From Planctomycetales bacterium (lineage in GTDB: Bacteria > 4484-113 > JAFGCY01): 32,000 nucleotides of DNA. Every line of letters begins with the position of its first letter. Position 1 is the first letter of the stretch. Of this stretch, positions 9,156-15,717 are shown one piece after another. The notes beneath the pieces were generated by a model. That model saw only the letters and a program-made list of their open reading frames with translations, made no database searches and had not been told where the DNA came from. The translations under genes were made by a program, and so were the position numbers. The stretch spans positions 1,320,001-1,352,000 of the forward strand of contig CP060262.1 of NCBI GenBank assembly GCA_022646745.1, given 5' to 3'.

Positions 9156-9188
9156 GGGAGTAAGGAGCGCCGATCGCCGGATCGGCCT

Positions 9189-9328
9189 GGAGCGCGAAGC
9201 TCCCGCTTCGCAGGACCGCGGGCATCCTGCCCGCCTGGCTCGCGACTCTGGACTCGGGACTCGGGTTTACGGCCCACGGTTCACGGCTCACGGGTTTCCG
9301 GGAAGGAGCGCGAACCTCCAGTTCGCAG
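9189..9328. repeat. two copies of a GGAGCGCGAA-S-CTCC-N-TTCGCAG double-hairpin motif flanking a degenerate heptamer array
   Basis: Copy 1 is 9189-9213 (ggagcgcgaaGctcccgCttcgcag) and copy 2 is 9305-9328 (ggagcgcgaaCctccaGttcgcag). The G/C swap is compensated on the other arm. The region 9251-9292 holds six 7-nt units: gactcgg gactcgg gtttacg gcccacg gttcacg gctcacg. Confidence 0.6.
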
Positions 9329-9385
9329 ACATGCGAGCCTTATGCTCGCGCAACGCTGTTGCAGGTCCGGCCGGGCAGTGCGGAC

Positions 9386-9517
9386 GGGCCTGTCGGGAAA
9401 AGTTACCGATGGCAGCAGGCGGAGCTGCTGCCCTAACATGTGCCCCAGCGGCGCAGAATTCATTGGTGGCTCCGAATTCATTCGGCGATTGATTCCGCTA
9501 ATGAATTCGCGGCCACC
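9386..9517. repeat. direct repeat copy A (left flank of AT-rich cassette)
   Basis: ...cgggaaaagttaccgatGGCAGCAGgcggagCTGCTGCCctaacatgtgcc...ccgaattcattcggcgattgattccgctaatgaattcgcggccacc aligns with 10304-10415. Copy A has an extra internal agaattcattggtggct duplication. It contains a perfect 8-bp hairpin (9411-9418 with 9425-9432) and the palindrome ccgaattcattcgg. Confidence 0.75.
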
Positions 9518-9540
9518 CAGAAGAGCAGTCTTCTGTTGAG

Positions 9541-9624
9541 CATGGACGGATTGATCCCAATCAGAGTGGCTTGACTTGGGAGCAGTTGATCGTCCTTTTG
9601 CGAGATGCAACATGCTACGAGTAG
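9541..9624 (+). pseudogene. C-terminal relic of a paralogue of the 9800-10102 gene
   Basis: In frame it reads ...HGRIDPNQSGLTWEQLIVLLRDATCYE*, against ...ANGIINQNAEGLTWDQLMKLLRYATEYE* in the intact gene. That is 12 of the last 18 residues identical, with the stop at the same position. Upstream, the frame runs into repeat copy A and a stop at 9502-9504, so there is no N-terminal part. Confidence 0.6.
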
Positions 9625-9799
9625 TATCGAGTTCTTGCCATGAATGGCCAGTGTTATGAAAATACTGTTGTTAAGGGCATACCAGGCTGGAAAAATATCT
9701 TGGGTGCTACAGTATTGAAAGAGTTGTCAATTTTCCTGTCCATACGATCCGAAGAACGAGTAATGCTTGAAATCGTTCATGTGAAAGGAGGTGAATTCC

Positions 9800-10102
9800 A
9801 TGAATTCTCTGAAGGATTACTTTGAAAGGGGAGATGAATCGAGTCTGGAATTCAGACGATTCCTGTTAACACTTATAGAGGAAGCTCGCAATGGGTTTAT
9901 CCATAAAGGAATAAACTCTGAGACTGGTGAAGAATATGAAACTCGATGGGAGAATGACAGTATCGAGGGTTTATTAAGTGCAATCGGAAGGCTGTTGGTT
10001 GCGGATTCTGAGTTTGCAAATGGAATTATTAATCAAAACGCTGAAGGCCTGACTTGGGATCAATTGATGAAGTTACTTAGGTACGCGACAGAGTACGAAT
10101 AG
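9800..10102 (+). CDS. small acidic hypothetical protein of the 'WEN...YE-COOH' type (possibly an immunity-like DUF family)
   Basis: AAAGGAGGTG lies 6 nt upstream of ATG 9800; the track lists GTG 9791. About 38-40% GC in hand-counted lines. The motifs RWENDSIEGLLSAIGRLL and a C-terminal ...W..L..LL..A..YE resemble a small-protein family I recall as DUF7660-like. That recollection is not verified. Confidence 0.6.
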   Translation: MNSLKDYFERGDESSLEFRRFLLTLIEEARNGFIHKGINSETGEEYETRWENDSIEGLLSAIGRLLVADSEFANGIINQNAEGLTWDQLMKLLRYATEYE

Positions 10103-10303
10103 TAATTTCTGCGCTCAATACTAAGCGTAACTTGAGCTTACGGCAGTCCCGGCATTGGTGGAACTTCTCATACGGCTAAACCCATACTTCCAGGCAGCGC
10201 TGGAGGAGTTCAGCTTGGACCAGTCCCTTTATGACAGTTTCAGCCTGAGTGGCAACATTAACAAGTGGTCAGACCCCTGAACTCCGGCGATTGCCTACGC
10301 CAA

Positions 10304-10415
10304 GGCCCGCCGGGAAATGTTGCCAATGGCAGCAGGCGGAGCTGCTGCCCTACCATGTGCCTCGGCGGCGCCGAATTCATTCGGCGATAGATTCCGCGAT
10401 TAAATTCGCGGCTAC
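10304..10415. repeat. direct repeat copy B (right flank of AT-rich cassette)
   Basis: ...ccgggaaatgttgccaatGGCAGCAGgcggagCTGCTGCCctaccatgtgcc...ccgaattcattcggcgatagattccgcgattaaattcgcggctacc, in the same orientation as copy A. The hairpin is 10328-10335 with 10342-10349. Confidence 0.75.
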
Positions 10416-10463
10416 CTTGTAAGGCCGGAGGCCGCGCAGCACGCCATAGGCGGGGAAAGAGAT

Positions 10464-10574
10464 GGCAGAACGCAGACAGCAGAGAGCAGACCACTCTGCC
10501 CGGTGCCTCGAGTCTGCCAATTGCACCGAGCCTATTTTATTAGCGAGTCCGCTTTCTGCTATCTGCTTTCTTCC
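10464..10574 (-). terminator. long imperfect purine-rich/pyrimidine-rich hairpin 3' of the hydrolase-cupin gene (terminator-like, no U-tract)
   Basis: Arm ggcagaacgcagacagcagagagcagac (10464-10491) faces arm gctttctgctatctgctttcttcc (10551-10574). The element is homologous to the one at 26319-26388 (shared AGCAGATAGCAGA-R-AGC on the minus strand). Confidence 0.4.
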
Positions 10575-10596
10575 CGCTTCCCCGGTCCCTGAAAAC

Positions 10597-12099
10597 TCAG
10601 TTCCTGAGGTACTGCTCGTCCGTGACATGCTCCAGCCAGTCCACCGCCTTGCCGTCCAGCGCTTCCTGGATCGCGATGTGGCTCATCGCTTCCGTGGCCG
10701 ATGCGCCGTGCCAGTGCTTCTCCTGCGGTGCGAAGCGCACCACGTCACCCGGCCTGACAATCTCAATCGGCCCGCCTTCACGCTGCACCCAGCCGGTGCC
10801 TTCCGTGATGATCAGGGTCTGGCCCAGCGGATGGGTATGCCATGCGGTGCGAGCGCCGGCGCTGAAGCTCACGTTGGCAGCACCGAGGCGCGAGGGCAGC
10901 TCGGTCGTTGCCAGCATTTCAATCTTCACCTCACCGCTGAACCAGTCGGCGGGACCATCCATTTCGCCACGTGATTCGGCGCGACTGATCGCCATGCCCC
11001 GGTTGGCGGCCAGGTACCTGCTGAAGAATGCCTCCAGCTTGTCAAACGGGATCATGTCCAGCCTGTCGTACAGGTCGATGTGCCGCGCACCGGGCACCAC
11101 ATACAGCTCCTTCGGCTCAGCCGCCAGCTCGTAGGCGTCCTCGGTGAAGTAGCGCGAGTGCGCATTCTCACCCATGATGAACAGGATCGGTCGCGGTGAG
11201 ATGCTCGCGAGGTCGCTGTTCAGCCGGAAGTTCGTGAAGGCCATGCTGCTGACCTGTGTGAAGGCCGCGATCGCGCGGGGATGGTGTCCGCGCTGCATGG
11301 CGTAGTACTCGAAGAACTCACTTGTGATCGGGTCCAGGCCCGGCGGGATGCTGCCGGCCGGCTCATTCGGGAAGGCCGGTGTCAGTGCCGGAGTGCCGGC
11401 TTCGAAGTCCTCCCAGCGCTGGTAGGCCAGCTGCCTGAGGTTCTGTGCGCGCTGCGCATCCGTCATCGAATCCATCCAGCCCTTGCGGATCATGTGGCTC
11501 ATGTCGTACATGCTGGCCGTTGCCACCGCCTTGATGCGCGGGTCCACCTGCGCCGCCGTCAGCGCGAAGGCGCCGCTGCCGCAGATGCCGATCACGCCGA
11601 TGCGCTCGCGGTCCACGAAGGGCCGCGTGCCGAGGAAGTCCACACCCGCGCTGAAGTCCTCCACGAAGATGTCCGGGGAGGAGACGCGCCGCGGCGTACC
11701 GCCGCTCTCGCCGTTGTAGGACTCGTCGAAGGCGATCGCAATGAAGCCGCGCTCCGCCATCGCCTGGGCGTAGATACCCGCGCCCTGCTCCTTGACGCCG
11801 CCGTAGGGCGTGCCCACGATCAGCGCGGCGTAGCTGCCGGAGCCGTCAAAGTCGGCGGGCTTGTACATGTCCGCCGCGATCGTGATCCCATAGCGATTGG
11901 GGTAACTCACCTTTTCGTGGATCACCTTCTCGCTGAGCGGGAAGGTCTTGTCCCATGTCGTGTTCAGTGTCGTAGTCATTGTGTTTACCTCCGTCCTGCT
12001 TCTGTTGTCCGCCTCGGCTTCGAAGGGACTGGCTGCTGCAATCGTCGCAGCAATTGTCAGTGTCGTGGCTGTTGCCAGGATTCCTTTCTGCGCTGTCAT
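10597..12099 (-). CDS. secreted alpha/beta-hydrolase (dienelactone-hydrolase-like, Cys nucleophile elbow) fused to a C-terminal cupin domain
   Basis: GGAGG lies 6 nt upstream of ATG 12099; the track start at 12117 adds 6 aa. Signal-like N-terminus MTAQKGILATATTLTIAATIAAASPFEAEA. Nucleophile elbow GVIGICGSGAF. C-terminal cupin motifs are GARTAWHTHPLGQTLIITEG and GDVVRFAPQEKHWHGA. Confidence 0.8.
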   Translation of the reverse strand: MTAQKGILATATTLTIAATIAAASPFEAEADNRSRTEVNTMTTTLNTTWDKTFPLSEKVIHEKVSYPNRYGITIAADMYKPADFDGSGSYAALIVGTPYGGVKEQGAGIYAQAMAERGFIAIAFDESYNGESGGTPRRVSSPDIFVEDFSAGVDFLGTRPFVDRERIGVIGICGSGAFALTAAQVDPRIKAVATASMYDMSHMIRKGWMDSMTDAQRAQNLRQLAYQRWEDFEAGTPALTPAFPNEPAGSIPPGLDPITSEFFEYYAMQRGHHPRAIAAFTQVSSMAFTNFRLNSDLASISPRPILFIMGENAHSRYFTEDAYELAAEPKELYVVPGARHIDLYDRLDMIPFDKLEAFFSRYLAANRGMAISRAESRGEMDGPADWFSGEVKIEMLATTELPSRLGAANVSFSAGARTAWHTHPLGQTLIITEGTGWVQREGGPIEIVRPGDVVRFAPQEKHWHGASATEAMSHIAIQEALDGKAVDWLEHVTDEQYLRN

Positions 12100-12120
12100 T
12101 TCATGCCTCCAGTGCATGCG

Positions 12121-12205
12121 AGCAATGAGTAATGATGAGTGAGCAATGAGTGTTGCCGGCGAGCCGGAAGTCTGGCTCAGTTCTCATTGCTCCCTACTCA
12201 TTGCT
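12121..12205 (-). terminator. bipartite long hairpin spanning the yahK stop codon
   Basis: There are two perfect 10-bp pairings. agcaatgagt (12121-12130) pairs with actcattgct (12196-12205), and gagcaatgag (12141-12150) pairs with ctcattgctc (12183-12192). An inner ccgg-cgag-ccgg mini-hairpin is also present. There is no U-tract. Confidence 0.4.
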
Positions 12206-13249
12206 GTTCAGTGTCGCCATGTCAATCACGAAGCGGTACTTCACGTCGCTTCTCAGCATCCGCTCGTAGGCCTCGTTGATCTGATCCATCCTGATTGTCT
12301 CGATGTCGCTGACGATGCCGTGCTCCCCGCAGAAGTCCAGCAGTTCCTGGGTCTCCGGGATCCCGCCGATCAGCGAGCCGGCGATGGACTTGCGGCCCAT
12401 GATCAGCGGCCGGGTGTTCAGCATCTCGTCAAGGTTGCCAAGGAAGCCCACCAGCACCAGGGTGCCGCTGGTTGACAGCAGGGGGATGTAGGGGTTGAGC
12501 TCGTGCATATTGGGGACGGTGTCAATGATCAGCTCGAACTTGCCCTTCACGGCCGCCATCTGTACCTCATCCGTGGAAATGACAACCTCGGATGCCCCGA
12601 GCCGCCGTGCGTCATCCGCCTTGCCGGGTGAGCGGCTGATCAGCGTGACCTCCGCGCCGAGCGCCTTCGCCAGCTTGAGCGCCATGTGCCCCAGGCCACC
12701 GAGCCCGACCACGGCCACCCTGCTGCCCGGGCCGACCTTCCAGTGGCGCAGCGGCGACCAGGTCGTGATCCCGGCGCACAGCACCGGTGCCACTGCGGCG
12801 AGGTCCAGCCCGTCCGGCACACTCAGCACGAAGTCCTCGCTGACAACGATCCTGTCGGAGTAGCCGCCGTAGGTCGGCATGCCGTCATGGCGGTCCTTGC
12901 CGTTGTAGGTGAAGGTCGCGGAATTCTCGCAGTACTGCTCCAGGCCCGCCTCGCAGTTATGGCAATGCCGGCAGGAATCCACCATGCAGCCCACCGCCAC
13001 GATCTGGCCGACGCTGAACTTGCCCACAGCGCTGCCGGTTTCCAGCACGCGGCCGACGATTTCATGCCCCGGCACCACCGGGTACTTCGTACCGCCCCAG
13101 TCATTGCGGGCGGTGTGCAGGTCGGAGTGGCAGACCCCGCAGTAGAGGATCTCGATCAGCACGTCATTGCTGCGCAGTTCGCGCCTCTCAAAGCTGAATG
13201 GGGCGATCTCGCTCGTGGCTGACTGTGCTGCATATCCGTGTACATTCAT
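12194..13249 (-). CDS. yahK: NAD(P)-dependent Zn alcohol/aldehyde reductase, YahK/cinnamyl-ADH family
   Basis: GGGAGAG lies 6 nt upstream of ATG 13249. CGVCHSDLH...PVVPGHEIVGRV is the catalytic Zn motif, CRHCHNCEAGLEQYC the structural Zn motif, and GLGGLGHMALKLA the Rossmann motif. The C-terminus GGIPETQELLDFCGEHGIVSDIE...INEAYERMLRSDVKYRFVID is close to my recollection of E. coli YahK. Confidence 0.9.
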   Translation of the reverse strand: MNVHGYAAQSATSEIAPFSFERRELRSNDVLIEILYCGVCHSDLHTARNDWGGTKYPVVPGHEIVGRVLETGSAVGKFSVGQIVAVGCMVDSCRHCHNCEAGLEQYCENSATFTYNGKDRHDGMPTYGGYSDRIVVSEDFVLSVPDGLDLAAVAPVLCAGITTWSPLRHWKVGPGSRVAVVGLGGLGHMALKLAKALGAEVTLISRSPGKADDARRLGASEVVISTDEVQMAAVKGKFELIIDTVPNMHELNPYIPLLSTSGTLVLVGFLGNLDEMLNTRPLIMGRKSIAGSLIGGIPETQELLDFCGEHGIVSDIETIRMDQINEAYERMLRSDVKYRFVIDMATLNSNE

Positions 13250-13475
13250 TTCGTTCTCTCCCTGAACCCGGGTCCCGCCGCCTGGCCCTCCGCTTTTCCG
13301 GCTGGCGGGGCAGCTCGCCCTTGCTGCCTAGTTTGTACCGCCCATGGCCGCCGATCCGGTATATCAATCCTCCGCAATCATTGCCTGATCCTCCAGACAT
13401 CCAGGGAAAGCAGTTTCATGCTCCGGAAATCGCTGGTATCATCCTCCTGTCCAGCAAGCGCTGAGACGTGATGGA

Positions 13476-14405
13476 ATGGTGACTCAGATGAACATAGAGC
13501 AACAGGATTTTGCAGCAGCCCAACAGGCACTGGCCCAGCGGATTGCCCGATACACCGCAGGGCAGGAACAATTGGAGGCGGCCATTCCCGGGCTTAAGCT
13601 CTACAACTTCGCCCAGCCGACCGAGCCCAGCAGCTATACGATGCCGGCCAGCATCTGCCTGATCGGCCAGGGCAGCAAGCGCCTGACCGTCGGCGACGAG
13701 AGTTACATGTATGACGTCTCGCGCTACCTCATCACTGCCGTAGACCTGCCGGTGGTGGCCAACATCGTCGAGGCCAGCCCGGACAGGCCCTATCTCGGCC
13801 TGTCATATGAACTTGACCCGCGCGCCATCCGCCAGCTGATGCTGGACAGTGGCAAGCCCCCGGCGCGGGCCGCCGAATCCCAGCGCGGGATCGCCGTCAG
13901 CCAGGCCCCGCTGGCAATCCTCGACGCCTTCAGCCGCCTGCTGGACCTGCTGGCCCAGCCCGCCGACATCCCGGTGCTGGCACCTCTGCTGAACCGCGAG
14001 ATCCTCTACCGCCTGCTGCAGGGTGAACAGGGCGCACGGCTGATGCGCATTGCCGAGATCGGCAGCCAGAGCGAGCAGATTGCGCGCGCCATCGGCATGA
14101 TCAGGGAACGCTACAGCCGGCCCTTCAAGGTGGATGAGCTGGCAACGGAGGTCGGCATGAGCAGCTCCAGCTTCCACCAGCACTTCCGCGCCACCACCAC
14201 GCTCAGCCCGCTGCAGTTCGTCAAGCGCCTGCGCCTGAACGAGGCCCGTCGCCTGATGCTGATGGAGAATTGCGATGCGGCAACCGCCGCGATCCAGGTC
14301 GGCTATGAAAGCGCCTCACAGTTCAGCCGCGAGTACAGCCGCCAGTTCGGCGCCCCGCCCCTGCGCGACATCCGCGAACTGCAGGGCAGTGTGGCCCAGG
14401 GCTGA
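13476..14405 (+). CDS. AraC-family transcriptional regulator (AraC_N-type sensor domain + HTH)
   Basis: C-terminal dual HTH: VDELATEVGMSSSSFHQHFRATTTLSPLQFVKRLRLNEARRLML...IQVGYESASQFSREYSRQFGAPP. Divergent from yahK across a 226-bp spacer. Confidence 0.9.
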   Translation: MVTQMNIEQQDFAAAQQALAQRIARYTAGQEQLEAAIPGLKLYNFAQPTEPSSYTMPASICLIGQGSKRLTVGDESYMYDVSRYLITAVDLPVVANIVEASPDRPYLGLSYELDPRAIRQLMLDSGKPPARAAESQRGIAVSQAPLAILDAFSRLLDLLAQPADIPVLAPLLNREILYRLLQGEQGARLMRIAEIGSQSEQIARAIGMIRERYSRPFKVDELATEVGMSSSSFHQHFRATTTLSPLQFVKRLRLNEARRLMLMENCDAATAAIQVGYESASQFSREYSRQFGAPPLRDIRELQGSVAQG

Positions 14406-14509
14406 TGCGCGGTTGCCAGCCAGACTGCCGGCCGGAACGACCTTGGCCCCGGCGGATCAGTCCGGCTGCCGCTGGTACTGAATCACGGCAGGCTGCATAA
14501 TGCTTGGCG

Positions 14510-15532
14510 ATGCTTAGGACCACCGTACTTGTCCTGCTGCTCATGGCAGCAATGTATGAACCCTGCCTGGCCTGGACCCCGGAAATCGGCAACCGCGCGC
14601 TGCCACTGTACGGCACTGACAGGGTAAGCGGCCAGTCGATCGAGCTGGACAGCATGAAGGGCAAGTGGGTACTCCTTGAAGCCTGGGCCACCTGGTGAGG
14701 GCCCTGCATGAGGCAGTTGCCTCTCCTGATCGAACAGACCGCTGATCTCCGGCAGCGCACGGACTTCGCGCTGCTGAGCCTGTGCTTTGACGACCCCTCA
14801 CGCCGCGAGCTGGTGGACCGGGCGATCGCGGACTACGGCATCAGCCATGCCGTGCTCTGGAACGAGACCGGCAGCCCGGAGCGCTCCAACATGGCGGACT
14901 GGAACATCCCCGGCTTCCCGACGACGCTGCTGATCGACGCGCAGGGCAACATCGTGATGGAGCTGGCCGTTGACAACTACCTGCGGGAGAACCTGCTGTT
15001 CTTCCTCGACCACTGGAGCGGTGCCGCCGGCTTCAGCCTGCAGATAGAACCCTACCGGGCGGCCGGATCTGGCAATGCTGCTGAAGCGGATTCCACCGCC
15101 GAGGTGGATTCCGTCCTCGGGAATGACCCCTTTGCCACCCAGCGCATTGCGCCGGACGCGAACCAGTCGATCCGCGTCGGCATCGTGCTCTACAACCCGG
15201 ACCATCAGCCGCTGGATGTGCAGGTCGACGTGCGGATGCAGAAGACGGAGTTGTTTGACGAAGGCCCGGTCCACAAAATAATGGGCGTGATGCATGATGT
15301 TGACTACCGCGCGCAGGGCCGGCTGCTGGACTACCGGGCCGGGTTCCCGGTGTTTGGCGATGAGCATCACGTGATCGTGGTGGATGATCTTGATGGTGTG
15401 CTGAACTTCGAGGTCGAAGTGGCGGTGCCCGTTCCCGGCTCGGAGGCCCTCAATGCTGGGCAGGGCCTGTTCTACAGGAAGAAGGCGCATGTGTTCACGA
15501 CCACGGCCTACATCATGTACCAGCTGGACTAG
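14510..15532 (+). CDS. TlpA/ResA-like thioredoxin-fold thiol:disulfide oxidoreductase, predicted selenoprotein (UGA 14696-14698 read as Sec) with ~170-aa uncharacterised C-terminal extension
   Basis: Track ORFs 14504-14698 and 14708-15532 are in the same frame, separated only by TGA GGG CCC TGC. The joined sequence reads KWVLLEAWATW-U-GPCMRQLP..., which is the W-C-x-x-C redoxin motif with TGA at the first Cys. Downstream fold markers are present (GFPTTLLIDAQGNIV cis-Pro loop). Signal peptide MLRTTVLVLLLMAAMYEPCLA. Start is ATG 14510, with TTG 14504 as an alternative. Confidence 0.65.
14710..14723 (+). promoter_or_regulatory. candidate apical stem-loop of a bacterial SECIS element
   Basis: GAGGC-AGUU-GCCUC is a 5-bp stem starting 11 nt after the UGA. 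A G-U sits in the tetraloop about 18-19 nt from the UGA, within the geometry described for bacterial SECIS. The stem is short and I could not extend it by eye. Confidence 0.3.
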
Positions 15533-15558
15533 TAGTTATGCAATACCGGTGGAGGGGG

Positions 15559-15711
15559 TTTGAGGTTCCAGACTGGAACCTCAAAACGTAGCAATTCGGC
15601 CAATACACGCTTTGAGGTGCCAATTTGGCACCTCAGGTTTACCCTGCCAGATTGGCGTAGTCAACAAGGATCAAGGCTTCACCGCTTGAGGTTTCAGATT
15701 GAAACCTCAAG
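15559..15711. repeat. three related palindromic hairpins (REP-like) between convergent genes
   Basis: H1 is 15559-15585, tttgaggttcca-gac-tggaacctcaaa. H2 is 15613-15635, tgaggtgccaa-t-ttggcacctca. H3 is 15685-15711, cttgaggtttca-gat-tgaaacctcaag. The outer TTGAGGT/ACCTCAA is conserved, and the inner stem differs with compensating changes. H3 ends 7 nt from the guaA stop. Confidence 0.8.
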
Positions 15712-15717
15712 TGCAAA

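Noticed and set aside
8498-9163. 221-aa plus-strand ORF opposite alkB; also 10462-10974(+), 10622-11134(+) and 11281-12132(+) opposite the hydrolase-cupin gene
   Set aside because: The opposite-strand genes carry clear catalytic motifs, and these ORFs carry none.
9189-9517. CRISPR array
   Set aside because: The repeats are heterogeneous, irregularly spaced and few in number. There is no constant repeat/spacer periodicity and no cas genes. The same holds for the three hairpins at 15559-15711, whose spacers are about 27 and 49 nt and whose repeats are not identical.
9141-9613. ORFs 9141-9539(+), 9281-9613(-) and 10258-10494(-), whose translations resemble each other
   Set aside because: The resemblance only reflects the DNA direct repeats A and B. 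The sequences are Arg/Pro/Ser-rich, cross hairpins and have no start signals.
9640-9825. 61-aa ORF inside the AT-rich cassette, overlapping the SD and start of the 9800-10102 gene
   Set aside because: It has no SD and no recognisable motif. The overlap with a strongly signalled start makes it doubtful, although it cannot be excluded as a tiny gene or a remnant.
10103-10303. Possible tRNA or small RNA, or a gene fragment (open frame ...LEEFSLDQSLYDSFSLSGNINKWSDP*), downstream of the cassette gene
   Set aside because: No cloverleaf-compatible arms were found by eye. The open frame has no start, no SD and no similarity to anything else in the window.
9386-10415. Integron cassette with attC sites
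   Set aside because: The repeats are direct copies rather than the imperfect internal palindromes bounded by RYYYAAC/GTTRRRY cores. Only a loose 'ccctaac' occurs in copy A and it is absent from copy B. No intI gene or cassette array is present in the window.
14696-14698. TGA as a reassigned sense codon (Trp/Gly code), or simply a pseudogene or two separate genes
   Set aside because: TGA terminates ordinary genes in this window, which rules out reassignment. The downstream ORF alone would lack a signal peptide and the first half of the fold, and the upstream ORF alone would be a 64-aa stub. A pseudogene remains possible, but the hit exactly on the catalytic Cys favours Sec.
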